A stretch of 64,000 bases of DNA. It comes from Squalus acanthias. Lineage: Eukaryota. Positions 1-13,142 of the stretch are shown here, in pieces (the stretch's first letter is position 1; each line of letters begins with the position of its first letter). The position numbers were made by a program, and so were the translations under genes. The stretch lies in NCBI GenBank assembly GCA_030390025.1, contig CM059432.1:114764001-114828000 (forward strand). Reading direction: 5' to 3'. Under the pieces are notes generated by a model that was given only the letters and a program-made list of their open reading frames with translations, did no database searches and was not told the DNA's origin.

Positions 1-213
1 AAATGGAGGTTAAAGCAGAGGCTTCCAGCCTCATTACAATATTTAAATAGATGACCCGCCTCCTAGCAGGTTGGCTGCCTGCCCCCATCCCGCCTCCCAT
101 CTGCCTCCGTTAAAACCGGAAGTGGGCGGGTTGGAGTCAGGATTCCGATTTTTAACACTTTAACTTCCCACCCGACCCAAACCCACCCGTTTTTTTAGGT
201 TAAAATTCCCCCC
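1..213. mobile_element. Right end of a Harbinger/PIF-type DNA transposon (truncated by window start)
   Basis: Ends in GTTAAAATTCCCCCC, the reverse complement of the left terminus GGGGGGAATTTTAAC at 8969; subterminal CCCGCC/GGCGGG motifs as in the other Harbinger ends here. Confidence 0.7.
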
Positions 214-1691
214 AAGGTTTCTAAACTGGCCTTACTGCATCTGGATTAGATCAAGCAAAAGTGATAACTATCCCTCTCTAGACCACTAATCAGTAGCCAG
301 TGCTGAATGGTACATGTGCCGACTTGGTTCGAGTCAAGGATCTGCCTTGGGTGTGAATGTCTCCTTGGTTAAATAGCCTTCCTCATTGCTTGGGCCCTCA
401 CATTTTTACAATGGCCACTTGGTCATGGTACTGGAGGGCTACTGGTATCAGTGGCATCGCACTCCAGCAGGGGAGTGGAGAGATTGGTAGGAAAAACAAG
501 AAATCAAACAAAAACATTAGAAATTCAAATCAAAAATAAATTACAGCACCTCACTATCACAAGAATGGAGGTAAACCATATTTAGGAATGGGTATGTGAC
601 AGATTGCTTTATTCAACATTTTCTATTTATTGTACGTGCAGAATAAATGTAAACAAACTGGAATGAAGAATTCAGGCAACAGCAGCAAAACAGTTTATTT
701 TCTCAACCTGCTGACATTGTGCACTAAGGTTTGGGTGAACTCAGCACCGCTCAGGAGCCAGGAATCAGCAGAGAAACATCTCGTCAGCATAATCTCTCCT
801 GACTCACCCCATTCCCCGGGCTTCTAAGTGGATTTCAGCAGATTACATAAGTGATTATTTCAACAGATCACAATGTATGAAGAGAGCTGTCAGAGCCAGG
901 TTTGCACACAGAGCAAAGCAAAGCATATTCAGTATTAATTATTTGTTTTAAATAACTTTGTTATCTAATTATTGTATTTGTGGTGTGACCTGTATTGTCT
1001 TGGAGCTAGTTACACTTTTTTTTAATTGAAGCTTGTCTGTATCAAGGTGAAGAATAACAGTGTTGCGAAATGGGGCACTTGCTGCTTTATTTCCAGTGTC
1101 GGTATGAGGCACATCATCATAAACACTTGCATTTCATGTGATTTGTGGAAGCTTTTTCAATACTTGGAACTCGTGGAAAATTTAAGCATAGCATTCCAAA
1201 AAAAACTATAAAGACAGTATGGTGGCACAGACCTGAAATTCCTCACTCCACTATTTCAGTGAAGGTCTTAACCCACTTAAAATAAATGAAATAACGCCTT
1301 CTTAAAATTGCAGGGGTGAATGTGTTAAATGTCCACTCTCTTGTAATTTCAGGATCTAAGTGGAGGCAAAGCACTTGCCAAGTGGGGAAAAGGAACATTG
1401 GAGAATTCTCCCATTCCCCTGCATCTCAGCTGCAGAGTGGCATAGACTTCAGTGGCGATTCCTCAACCTGATGCTCCTAGCAGGGAGTGGCGCTCACAGC
1501 AGTGTATCTTAGCCCCGATTTCCTGAGATATGCTTCCTGTGAGTGCTGCTCCCTGCTGGAAGTGCAAGTTGCTGGAATCATCCCTATAGACACTAGCCTG
1601 TCCTGTCAGCTGGAGAATCGATTGTGGTTCAGTAGGTGGGGATGGTGTGAGAGAAGGGAAACAAACTAAAGAAGAAAAAGTAAAATGGAAA

Positions 1692-1857
1692 GGCCCTGAA
1701 ATTCCATGGGGGTTCTTCAATCTCCTGCCATTACTTCATGGAAAGATCAGCGGAAACTCCAGAAGGTGACGATTTACATCTTTTCTCTGGGGGTTCCACC
1801 AGTCTGCTCCGAAGTTACGGTGGAAAACCAGGAGAACCACTGTGAAATTTGCAGGCC
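1692..1857. mobile_element. Short palindromic MITE with Harbinger-type termini
   Basis: Termini GGCCCTGAAATT / AATTTGCAGGCC, imperfect internal fold-back, flanks AAA/ATA. Confidence 0.55.
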
Positions 1858-2594
1858 ATAATCTTTAGGGATCATCTGAGAAGTTCTCAATCCTATCTCA
1901 AATGTAAGGCATTTAATATATGTTTAGATTCCTCCCACACCTAAATTGCAAGGTTTGATTCCACATTGAATATCTCCACTAGAAATTGTGCAACCAAGCA
2001 TTATTTCTAGAAAGTATGCATTATTTTTGTATGTTCTTAGATATGGTTGTGTTTCAGGCTATTCCAGGTGTGGTTTTATGAGGAGATTCTTTTTTTATTG
2101 GTCATTTTAAAATAAGGGGCAAACAGTTCATTTCATATCCAAATACCATATGAAACGTAACGTGCTTTTGCTAAGAGCAAGACCTTCATCATTGAGCACA
2201 GTAAATTATTAGAATGTATGAAGCAATTTGTTTGCTTGAATCAAGACCTAATAGACGATACTTTTAAAAAGGCAGAATGCCAAGACAGCACATTTTTAGT
2301 AGTGCAACTGTACATCACAGAAGCTCCAAATGAAAGTAGACCTGAACCACTCACCAGCCAAACAGCAGCTGCACATTTGAGGTAAGATTTAGGAGATGCT
2401 CCATCAGTTAAACAGAACAGAATACGTAGAACAGCAAGAAAAATACATTTTTGTGCATAAAGAATACATAATTCTTAATAATGTACTAGCTTGCAGGCTT
2501 TGTATAGCATCTTTGAATAAAATATAATTTGATTGTCACAGCAAAGAATATATTAAGAGTTATAGGTAGCCACATGTAATAACTTATTACTCAC

Positions 2595-2714
2595 CTTCAG
2601 ACCTAGAAGCGCTCCAGAATCTCTAGGCACACTACCATCTTTTAGTCGTTTATTTAACAATATCCGACCAATTAGGCGCTCTCCATCTTTGGACGGTTGC
2701 CATGTCACCGGATG
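2595..2714 (-). CDS. RIMS2: RIMS2 (RIM2) coding exon leading into the PDZ domain, phase 0-0, 120 nt
   Basis: Translates HPVTWQPSKDGERLIGRILLNKRLKDGSVPRDSGALLGLK; the RLKDGSVPRDSG segment matches RIM2 rather than RIM1 as I recall them; AG acceptor at 2716-2715 and GTGAGT donor starting at 2594. Confidence 0.95.
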
Positions 2715-3629
2715 CTATGAGGTCAAAGCAATAACACATAGGTCTTTAATGCCTAAACTTCCATGTGTGCCACAGTATTTCTTTCATTAAGATTTACTTT
2801 ACCCATTTAAAAAAAAACTCTGCAATTACACAAATATTTATGTTTTGGTTTCCAATTAGAATCAGCTTAATTTGGTAATTATACAGCTCAACTGGGTTAT
2901 TTTCACCATTGGGGCCACTTTAATAACCTGGAAGAGAATATTTCCACTGTGGCACATTTTTAGCATTCGAAAAGTTTGTGTAATTACAGGAGCTCATTGC
3001 TTCAATTCATGCACCATGCGGAGAAATAAGCAGGGAAGGGCAAGACTGCTCAGTAATACCACCCAACTCCCACTGCAGAAACCATCACCAACTACCACGA
3101 TCACCAAGTTTAAGCAACAGCAAGTACCAAAGCAGACAGCAAAACAGATTCTATTATAACACCTACCAAAATGCCACTGCACCAAAATAAGTTCACATAC
3201 AGGACAGTGGAAGGGAAAAAAGAAAAACACAGTTCTGTGCAAAACAGATCCAACTTTTACTCTCAGTCTGATTTAAAAATATCATCTTAAGGGAACACTT
3301 CAAGCCGATATTTAATTAGTCAACAAAATCGATCTGGGAAGTTCCAACAACATAGGTATCACTGAAGAACAACACCACAAAATTTTTCTAAAAGTCTACC
3401 ATGCAATCGTACAACTGAATATTCCTGTGCGTCTCGAAAAAAAAATAATTTAGTTTTGCTGCTGGACAGCAAACAATAAAGCAAGCAGCTCTGGATTTTT
3501 TTTCTATTTATCTGCACTTTTATAGATGTGCATTTATCTCTGGAAAGACCCTGTCCCTTTACAATGAGTGACAGAGAGCAAACGAAGACCAAATGAGCAG
3601 GTAGAATGCAGGCTATACAGACTTAGTAC

Positions 3630-3838
3630 CTTCTCGCTATGGCTATGTTCCTCGTTTAGTGTCGTGCTACTGCACGTATCTACCCCAGAGTCTTTAATCT
3701 GAGGCTCAGACCATTCCAAGTCCTCTTCCAATGAGTGGCCGCCAAATCGCACCATTTTCTTTTGCCTCTCAGACAAGGTGTTAGAGTCCGACAATACTGC
3801 CTGCTCACTAGTTTTTCTTTTTCCCCTTTGACTGTTCC
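3630..3838 (-). CDS. RIMS2: RIMS2 alternative exon, long form, phase 1-0, 209 nt
   Basis: (G)NSQRGKRKTSEQAVLSDSNTLSERQKKMVRFGGHSLEEDLEWSEPQIKDSGVDTCSSTTLNEEHSHSEK matches RIM2; polypyrimidine tract plus CTGTAG acceptor; AAG|GTACTA donor; joins in frame to exon 2595-2714. Confidence 0.93.
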
Positions 3839-3871
3839 CTACAGGCGTGGGATAAAAAAAAGAAAAAGAAA

Positions 3872-3877
3872 CATGCA
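3872..3877 (-). promoter_or_regulatory. Candidate RBFOX splicing element (UGCAUG) in the 108-nt intron between the two alternative exons
   Basis: CATGCA on plus = TGCATG on the RIMS2 strand; further copies at 3400-3405 and 3008-3013; function inferred from motif only. Confidence 0.5.
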
Positions 3878-3946
3878 AAGGCATAAATAAATCAAAGGAA
3901 AGTGAAATGAAAAGGAAACTGAATGTTAAGGCTCCACATGTCTCAC

Positions 3947-4014
3947 CAAAGACACTGGGGACGCCTCACTGCTATGCCAAGACGCATGGTCCAGCCAGTA
4001 GTAATCCACGTCCC
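3947..4014 (-). CDS. RIMS2: RIMS2 alternative exon, short form, phase 1-0, 68 nt (not in the ORF track)
   Basis: (G)DVDYYWLDHASWHSSEASPVSL resembles the RIM2 DMDYNWLDHTSWHSSEASPMSL segment; TTCTCGCAG acceptor and TTG|GTGAGA donor; joins in frame to HPVTWQ. Confidence 0.92.
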
Positions 4015-5526
4015 CTGCGAGAATCAAACACATAAGAAAGTGCAGAGGAGGAAGGTACAGAAAAGGACAGAAACAGAAATTACAGACAACTGTATTCAAT
4101 AGCAGAGTCAGATATCTGTGTGCTTCAAAAATTTGTTGCTTGGCACAAACTCAACTTTAGAATAATTGATGCAGCTCCCAAATCTCATCGGCACTGCATT
4201 CTAATCTTTTAATTGAATTTGAGAGTAAATTCCATCTACTTTTTCATTACATGGGCTACAAACCAACTGTGGTCAAGTGGGCAAGATAGCAACCTGCTCC
4301 CAAAGTTGCCATCGTTCCAGCCAGAATCATTGATTTTTACATTTCAAATGCTCATAGTTTGTTGGGTTTTCAAATCTTTCTTTTCCTGATATTCAAATTT
4401 AGATCACAACATAATATCAGTAGCATGTAAACATTACCATCATATAGCTCTTGCCTTCTGGGGGATCCAATGGTAATAGGGGGGAGAAAAGTCTATCGGC
4501 TTTGAGAATCATTAACAGCTTATCATTAGAAAGGGCCAGCGAGTATAATTGAAACAGACGGTGTTACTCACAAATGGGAACTTTGGATGGAGATGTAATT
4601 GTGAAACCTTTTTATTTCAAACTGCATTGTATTGAAAATCTCTACTACAAAGCCAAGAAGACATGTTAGAAAAAACAAAGAATGTTTGTATACATTTACA
4701 TAAAATGCATGAAAGAAGGACAGTGAACAGGAATAAAAAGTAGATTAGTAAGCAGAAGATCAGTTTGAATATTCATACAGAACAATCTAAAGAGACTGTA
4801 TCCTTTTTATACATTAACATAGACTTGTTTGTTTGCAGACATAAGCCAGCACTTCATTAGATCAATTCCAAATAGCTCTAATAGAATTTAGCCCAATAAC
4901 ATCCCGTTTGTTTTACAGAGTTGCCTCTGACAAGCATGTAAAGCACACAAAGCAATGCAGCATAGTCATAGGCACCTTGACTTCCCTTGGGAGAGGCCTT
5001 TGCCTGGTGCCACTAACTGGTGGGTGTTGCTGATGGCCAAGATAAACAGCTGCTGGCAGTAGAACTTAGGTCCATTCCAGCACCTTAAGATTGGGCACAG
5101 GTGGCTTTAACTCTCAGCCCCATACAAGCCAGCATAGCTGTTTCTACATTGCTAACTTGTCTCACTGGGGAAGGTCCCTGCCAGAGTGACAAAGTTACAA
5201 ATGCACTTTTGTACTAATTTTACATTGCGTGTCTACAGTTGTTTAAAAGCAAAGAGTTTCAAACTGGGTTACCTGTACCTTGGAGGATGGGGGCTGAGAG
5301 TCCATCAGATTTCTGTAGTTTTTGATTTACTAGCAATAAATATAAGGCATTTTCTGCAATAACACTGTTTTCCTTTGGGTAGCTGACCCTGTACAAGCTG
5401 ATTACCTAGGAACATGTCAGTGTTCGCAGGGTGTATTCAACTCACAAATAAGTTTGAAAACCACCACTTTAAAGGCATGTTTCTATTTAGGAGCAACTAG
5501 AGATACTCAAATGTTGCACAGATAAG

Positions 5527-5750
5527 GGCTGATTCACGGATTGGGCGCTCCCGGTGTGAGGCTTGCTCACAGCAAGCACTGGTCAAGAAATCATGGGCCC
5601 ACAGTGACTGATTTTTCATCCACTTAAATTAATGGACTGAAAATCAGGCACTGTGGGCTCCTCAATTTTCCAAGCAGCACTCCCTGCAAGTGCTGTCCCT
5701 TGCTGGGCAATAAACCCCACAGGGTTATCTGTTGTTGCTCAATCTGTCCC
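5527..5750. repeat. Old palindromic MITE-like repeat (related copies at ~8337-8520 and ~15085-15260)
   Basis: Fold-back centred on GATTTTTCATCCACTTAAATTAATGGACTGAAAATC with CCCACAGTG/CACTGTGGG arms; boundaries approximate. Confidence 0.5.
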
Positions 5751-8336
5751 AGAATTATTATTGGACTGACTCAGCAACAAGGAATTGGGCCTCAAATCTA
5801 AATATTGGAAAGGTGGCTGAAATATAAAGACCACTTGAGAACTGAATTTCTAATTGAAACAACATTTCCAAACAATGGGCTAATTTGTCAAATTGGAGGC
5901 AGTTAGTGACCCCCAATGGCCTGGAAGAAAATTAATTCCTCATAAAGCGACTGGAGCACTTAAGCAGTATTTGGAATGGACACTGAAGGGGAGATCTTAA
6001 TTTTTTTTTAAATTAAATCCCCTGCCCAATGTCGCCATCATTTTTCCAGTTACTCTTTTATTCCTCTCCGCACACCAGTCAGGAGCCCTTGACTGGATGT
6101 TGCCATCCAAAGATCCGGCCCCCACACCGTGGTGCTCCTGGTGCATCATAAGTGATGTGCCCAGAGCACAAGGAAAGCATTCAACTGAGCTGACCTTGCA
6201 TTTTCAGGCAGTCAGCTCATTCTTGCAAAGCTACGCATTATCAGCCCCTGCGTCTCGTTGTAAGGTTCCCAAGATGATACTTGGAAGGAAGTGACATGGC
6301 TTCAGTGTAAAGCATTGAATGCATACATTTCCTTGCCCTTCCAATCCTCATGGGGGTCCAGGCGACAAATTAGTGTCAAATGCATGCTCCTCGAAGTCTC
6401 GGTAGTAGATCTAATTGGTCAAATTGGTTTTCTTCATTTCCTGTTTTCCAAGGAAGATTCTCTCGCCTCACTTGCACTACATCCTGTAATTTCCAGGTAA
6501 TGCAGATCAGCTCACCACTGTGTCTGAAGAAAGACTTCTCTCATGAGGAAATCAGACACCCAGCTCTGGTACCTCTGCACAGTCCTTCCCATTGGTTCTA
6601 GTTGTGCATTAAACACCATTATATTGGTAATATTGTTATTTATTCAAATCCAAATTTTTGGTATCGAAATCTGAAACTGTTGTTACTAATTTGTGAAATA
6701 CTACTTAAGAAATTTTTGAGCAAATTGAACTACATTGGAAAGTACCAACTAGATCCAAATAATTTTTTTTTAAAAACAGTCTATGTAATTCAAATAAAAA
6801 GTATATTATCTCTTTAAAATAACAGTTCAATATATTCTTAAAAATGTTTATACTGCAAGCAACCTTAATTATAAATGAAATACATACTTGATGTAAAGAA
6901 TAAACAGACTTTACAACTAATTAAATACAAATAAGTTAAATAATGCAATTTTTTTAGGTAATGGCTGAGGAAAAAACAAAGCAGTAGTCTAATAAGGAGC
7001 TGGAGATGCATTTTTTCCAAGTATGCAATTTCGTTAAGTGATAGAATCACCTGTGTAAACAAATTTATTAGCTTTTTCTTCCAATTCTTCTGAAATTGTT
7101 AATCTTCTTCTGAGTTTTTCAGCACATTCTGACATTCTGATACCACAATAACATAACTCACAGTGGTAATGGGGACTTATTTTGTACCATTTTCCTCTTG
7201 TATGCCAGGCAGACAACACACAGACCATATGGGTTAATAAATATTACTCTCATATCCATTATGTCTGACCATTTCGGTGTCTCACTCCAAATTAATTGTA
7301 GTTCTCAGGACATAAACTTTATCTTTGTAGAGTTGAACAAATCTAGAACCTCAAAGTTTGGCTTTGATTGCAACTTTTGTGTTGCTCTGAAGACAAAGAC
7401 AAATTTTTCCTCAAATAGTACAGAAGCCAGATTTGAATCCAACCCCAAATATCAGTCAAATTTGACTCCCCTCAAGTACCTCATATCACAAGAGACAGTT
7501 CAACAAAGCAGCCCCATTTCTAATGTCATAAACTGTACAAAAAGAATGGTATTCAACAAATGGTGCTCACTTTCAACTACCACATGAGCTTAGATTAATA
7601 GCTGGATGCTCTGCCTGCGGTATTATAACAATAGGGTTGAAATTGATGGAGAAACGTCCTATCCTGGACGGCAAACCGCAGTGATGCCTGGTATAGGGCA
7701 GCATTAGCAGTGCTGCGGAGACAACTGTGAGACATCTATGTTGCTCTCTCATCCCATCCAGAAGCAAACAACTTAGAAGTATATATGAAGCAAAAGAGGC
7801 TCAAAAAAGGGACTTGGGCATTGCAATGTAAAAAAAAACTTTCAGCAGCACAAGCAATAGGGAGGCTGGCTTCCAAGTAGATGATTGTGAGTTTGAGCAC
7901 CAAGCCCACTTTTCATTATTGTTTGGCCACTAGATTTAGCCTCAATATCCCATGTATGCACCACCTAGAGCACTGAGTTAGTCAGTTGGTCTATGGTATG
8001 TGCAAGTCCTATAGAGGGCTGTCAGGGAGCAATTCATAGTCAAAGCTGTGAAACCTACATGGCTGAAGGAGGCTGACTAATGGCAAGTGGCTGGAGCAGA
8101 GAAATAAAGTGAAGAACTGAGATAAAGGTCAAAACTACAATTCTTTTATTTCAGAAAAAAATAAACTAACAAAAAAAAAAATCATAGGTGCTTCAGCAGC
8201 CCTTTAGCTAGAGATAAAGTTTAGGATGCCACATCTCCATGGGCCACTTAGGTGCAGATTTCCCAGACCATATATTAATGTTGCAAAACTCGAGGCCCAT
8301 GAAATTCAAACAGAGCAAACAAGCAAGTAAGATATA

Positions 8337-8520
8337 TGGGTCATTCCATGATTCAGTACGCCCATCAGGGAGAGCAGCTCGCAAGGAGCCCATCTCAGAT
8401 AATTGTGAGCATGCAGTCTGTGATTTTCGATCCACTCATTTTAATAATGGAAAGTCACAGGCTGCATACCCGCAATGTCCCCAAGATGCGCTCCCTGTGA
8501 TCGCTGCTCACCGCTGGATC
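8337..8520. repeat. Old palindromic MITE-like repeat
   Basis: TGCAGTCTGTGATTTTC...CCACTCATTTTAATAATGG...AAAGTCACAGGCTGCA fold-back; boundaries approximate. Confidence 0.45.
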
Positions 8521-9291
8521 CCAGAATCATCCCTTATAAGTGGAAATAGGACTGAGTTACATGAGCTTTGTGGGATGCATCATCAGGGCTTGAAGCCCCT
8601 ATGGCCCATTCACTGCAGTTTGGACACCTCGGACTTTGAAAATCGTGACCTGGAATCTCAGTCTAAAATTTTTCTCAAACTTTTAGCCGTGTCACTAGTT
8701 AGAGCAAGCCTATTGGTGGCCAAACCTGCAACAGGGCCCAGACCATACAAACCCCTTCATTGAAGAAAGAAATGCATTGTGGTGAATGATATGAGTGGAG
8801 AGGTGACTGAGACACATAGCCTAAAAAACAGGAGTTTTCCAACAGTTTCCTGTCAGCATTAAGATGAGATACCTAGAGAATTCCAATGGAATTTTAGACT
8901 CTTTGTGCTCTTCTCTGTTCCAATTGGTTACTTTCTACTTTCTTTATTGTTCAACCATATTACACAAAGGGGGGAATTTTAACCTGGAGGAGCGCGTGGG
9001 TTTGGGTGCGGGTGGGGGGGTTAAATCCAGCAAAAATGTAAGCGGGTCGGGAAGCCGGCTCCAACCAGCCGACTTCCACGTTTAATTCGAGCGCATTATA
9101 CTTCTTGCATGCAACCCCCTCAAGAGCGGCGGGTTTCCTATTAACATATGGTAATCGTTCAATTGGAGCAATATTTCAACACAGTTTTAAGTTTAAAGTC
9201 GCATTCACAGGTTTCCCGGGCTTCCTGAAACTCGCCATTGAAAGCAAGGCAAGAACACATCGGCAATTGAGGGGGCTGATTAAAACTCATG

Positions 9292-9674
9292 GGAAGAAAA
9301 ATTGGGTCACGGAGCGCAGCCGGCACCCCGTGGGGGGGCTGCACAGAAGGTCGGGGACAGCAACGGGGGCAGGTGCTGGCAGGCGGCCAGCAACAAAAAT
9401 GGCTGCCCGGCACCTCCCCTTTAATTTGCGCCGCCCCAGCCGCAGGTAGGCCCCCCTGACCCTGTCGGACATAGCGTCCGGCGGTAAGTCAGGGGGCGTT
9501 TCCGAAGATCGCGGCCGGGGTACGAACGGGGCGCTGCTCACGGCACTAACGGTTACCACCGCTGCTAACCTCCCGCTGAATTTCGCGGGAGGCGTTGGCA
9601 GCGCCGCGCCCAGGCGCTAGTTGCTTTGCGCCCCGTTAGCGCCCGGAGGCGCAAATCAACCGAATTTTTCTCCC
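9292..9674. mobile_element. GC-rich Harbinger-type MITE nested in the 8969-13435 element
   Basis: Termini GGAAGAAAAATT / AATTTTTCTCCC, ATG on both flanks; body is largely the reverse complement of 49698-50030. Confidence 0.8.
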
Positions 9675-9805
9675 ATGGAAATACTGCAATAAATATTCAA
9701 TACTCACAGCTGCTTTCTTACCTACTAGTGGGAAAGGGTTTGTTCACAGTACGTTTGCTGAGAGTTTACTTTCTACACATTGGAGGTTTTCTGAATCACA
9801 TCAGG

Positions 9806-10899
9806 ATGGGTGGCACCTTGGCTGCCTTAGGTTGCACCTTGGACAAGGAGCAATATGACCAGCACCAGCACCAGCCTGCTGTTGAGAGACCTGCAGCTGG
9901 ACAGCAGAGAGGGGAGCAGCAGAGGGGTGCAGCCCACGACACAGGGTGTACAGGCAGAGGCTGAGTTTCCTTGACATATCGGAGCAGCAGTGCTTCCGGA
10001 GGCTGAGATTGTCGTGTCAGGTGGTGGAAGACATCTGCAGCTTCCTAGAAGAAGACATGCTTCTTGCTGGGCCACGTGGCCGCACTTTACCAGTGACTGT
10101 CAAAATGACCACCGCCCTCAACGTTCTTGCCTCCGGATCCATCCAAGGCTCTGCCGGAGATATATCCAGGAATGCACAGTCAGCTGCCCACAAATGCATA
10201 AGACAGGTGACTGATGGCTTGTTTGCCAATTATGAGAACTTCGCCTGCGATGACGTCAATCAGAATGAGCGGGCGCTCGGGATTGTGTCTCTGGCTGGCT
10301 TCCTACAGGTGCAGGGCGTCATAGACTGCACACACGTGGCAATCTGGGCACCCCCAGATCAACCAGGAGTATTCGTCAACAGCAAGGGCTTCCACTCCAT
10401 CAATGTGCAGCTGGTGTGCAACCACAGAAAGATATTTTTGCAGGTGTGCGCAAGATTCCTGGGGAGCTGCCATGATGCTTTTGTCCTGTGGCACTTCAAG
10501 ATCCCTGATGTCTTTGGACCTGCAATCAGAGTTAAGGGGTAGCTGTTAGGAGACAAGAGATACCCACTTCAAATTTGACTGATAACACCCCTCAGCAACC
10601 CAACCAATGAAGCTCATATGACCATCAGATGTGTGATCGAGCAAGCCATCAGGTGCCTAGACAGATCTGGGGACGCCCTTCAGTACACACCAGCCAGAGT
10701 GCCCAGAATGGTCGTGGTTCGCTGCGCTCTGCACAGCAGTGCGCAGCAGCGAGGTTTGGACCTGCAGGAGGAACAAGGCACAGAGCACAGATCGTCTGCA
10801 GACGATTCCAAGGAGGAGGAGGAAGGTGACGAGGGTAATGCACCACCAGCTGCTCACAATGCTGCTCGGGATGCCCTTATTAATGCAAGGTTCACTTAG
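9806..10899 (+). pseudogene. Harbinger DDE transposase (HARBI1-like, DDE_Tnp_4 family), disrupted
   Basis: Motifs GVIDCTHV, KGFHSINVQLVC, GSCHDAFV, LLGDKRYPL, RCVIEQAI and an acidic tail; frameshift near 9950, stops at 10540-10542 and ~10577, internal deletions. Confidence 0.9.
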
Positions 10900-11316
10900 G
10901 TTACACCAGTGGACGATGTCAGAACCACATGCAACGGGTACTCTTCCCGTGCCACCCCCCTGCCCCAATGCCACAGACACAAAGCAGTCCTACAAACAGC
11001 CAACCACCACTTGCACATCCCCCCCATTGGTCTCTCTCAATTTATGTCTTGCCATTCATCATCAAGCAAGTTAAAAGACGACTTGCCACCCAGCAACCAA
11101 GAATAAGCAAGATGGGAAATAACAACAGAAAACGCTGGAAAAACTCAGCAGGCCAGGCAGCATCCGTGGAGAGAGAAAGAGAGTTGACGTTTCAGGTCGA
11201 TGACCTTTCATCAGAAGAAATTGGTGCAAACTAATAAAATTTAAGTGATTCTACTAAAGAACAGAAACTTCACAACATAACATTTTCTCATCACCCATGT
11301 GCAGACCCTTGCGCAA

Positions 11317-13142
11317 CTACAAAGCTTTACTCTTCCTTTTCCAACCACAGCTATGTGGTGCAATCCCTGTGGCTTCAGCAGAGATAGAGGCAGATTGTTC
11401 AGATCTCTGCTCTGACTGATGAGATGCTCTTGGCCAATGACCTCTGGGTTTTGGAGCCCGTGAGGGCCCCAAAGACTGCTCCACCTGCACCTGTGCAGGG
11501 ACAGACCCGGCCATCGTGAGAGGAGGCAGCATGTTGGCTACTGACTGGCGGGGGGCAAACGGGTGAGAAGTGGAAGCGTTTTGAGTGGAGTCTCCACTTC
11601 CATGTCCCCTTTCGCCATCATCCCTCTCATGGGCCAGCTGCATTTCACTGCTACTACTCTGCTGGAGAGCACTTTGGTGCAGATCAGTGCGGCACTGTCA
11701 GGCCAAGGCTAAGGTATCTGTCATCCCAGATAAGCAGCAAACATGTTGGCATCCAGAGTGTGCACAGCAGTGGTCAAGACCTGCATGAACTTATTTAATT
11801 ACTGCGATTGATGTTCCACGGAGTTAGCCACTTTATCCATGCAAGAAGACATCATCACAATGCCCTGCGACATCAACCCACTCATGCTTGAGGCAGACTC
11901 CTCCATTCTCTCGGCAATCGTGGTCAGTGTGCTTGGAAGGCCTGTCAGTACATCGCACATTCTCTGCTGCTGCTCAATGATTCTCCTTTTCATCGACGTC
12001 CCCCAGGGTACAGCATCTGTGTCCAGCCTGTGCAAAGCTTGGAAAGGGCTGCGCCCTCGACATGGACTCTCCACAGCTGTCCCTGCCACCATCATCTGCT
12101 CTTGCTCACTTTTGAAGTCTGAGTCACCAGGTGAAAACCCAACTATCTGAAGTGTGATTATCTGAGCTGGTGGACGGCAAACATGAGTCCTGTAATGGTG
12201 CACCCTCAGAAGGAATCAGTTCCTGAGGATTCATCGTCCGCGAGATCCAAGGACTCCTGCTATATGCGTGAAGGTCCTGGCGGAGAGAAAATATATGAAT
12301 TAGTACTGGCAAGGTAAGAATGTTGCAACTTAGGATTATGAAGATGATCATACTTCACTCGCTGTTGAAATCAAGTCAACATGACTGAGTGCTGTATGAC
12401 ATGTGGGTCGCTGATATTTAATTGTGTCACCAGGTAGCTGGGAGCTCCCTGTCTTCCCATCTCTCCATCTCTGATGGCCAGGGACGGCGAAACGCCACTG
12501 ATCTCCGGTGCTTCCTTCTCTGCAGTTGTTAGCTGGGAAATCTGTGGAGGACCACCTCCTGTTCTCTCCCTCTCCCTCGTGTTCTGTGGTCTCTTCTCCT
12601 GCCACAGGGGAAAGAACAGACTTATGAGAGAATGTAATGGCATGCATTCGCCTGATGGATGCAGTGCATTTGGTGAGGGTGACTATCAGGGAGAGGCATG
12701 AAACTCCATAAGGATGTGGGTGAGTGGGAGTAGTGGGTGGCTAGATGGAGATGTGAGGAAGTGCATACAAAGAGAAGGATGGGTGCGCTTGCAAGGTAAG
12801 TGGGTGTGAGGAGTGATGTGATGGCGTAGGCTTGCCAAGGCAGAGTGAGGAGGTAGGGTGATGCGCATAGCAGGAGGTAGGTGAATGTGCAACTGTACTC
12901 ACCTTTCCTGACCTGGTTAGGTCATTAAAGCGATTCCTGCACTGAATCCAGCAGCATGACACAATGCTCCAGCTGTTGACCTCCTGGGCCACCTCCAGCT
13001 ATGCCTTCTTTGTGGCAGCAGCAGGTTTCTTCCTCCCATTGTTGGGGAAGAGTACCTCTCTCTGGCTCCTCACAGACCCGAGCAGTATATCAAGGGAGGC
13101 GTCACTGAAGCGGGGCGCAGCCTTTGAGCACTCTGAATCCAT
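11317..13142 (-). pseudogene. Harbinger Myb/SANT-like DNA-binding protein (NAIF1/MSANTD-like), 3 exons: 13142-12903, 12598-12431, 12276-11317
   Basis: MDSECSKAAPRFSDASLDILLGSV...KA*LEVAQEVNS...WIQCRNRFNDLTRSGK|GTGAGT; exon 2 EKRPQNTRERERTGGGPP; basic C-terminus KRKSK; in-frame stop at 12999-13001 and frameshifts. Confidence 0.85.

Noticed and set aside
215..500. Possible ancient SINE relics (also ~5990-6300 and ~7900-8110)
   Set aside because: Too degenerate to assign or bound without a database search
5190..5313. Possible small RIMS2 exon with QFETL similarity to the RIM2-beta start
   Set aside because: Stop follows within three codons, no initiating Met in that position, and the location does not fit
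8239..8763. 174-aa ORF
   Set aside because: No recognisable domain; overlaps a palindromic MITE-like repeat
9806..13142. Domesticated host genes HARBI1/NAIF1
   Set aside because: Both ORFs carry stops and frameshifts and are enclosed by TIRs and a TSD; related copies recur in the window
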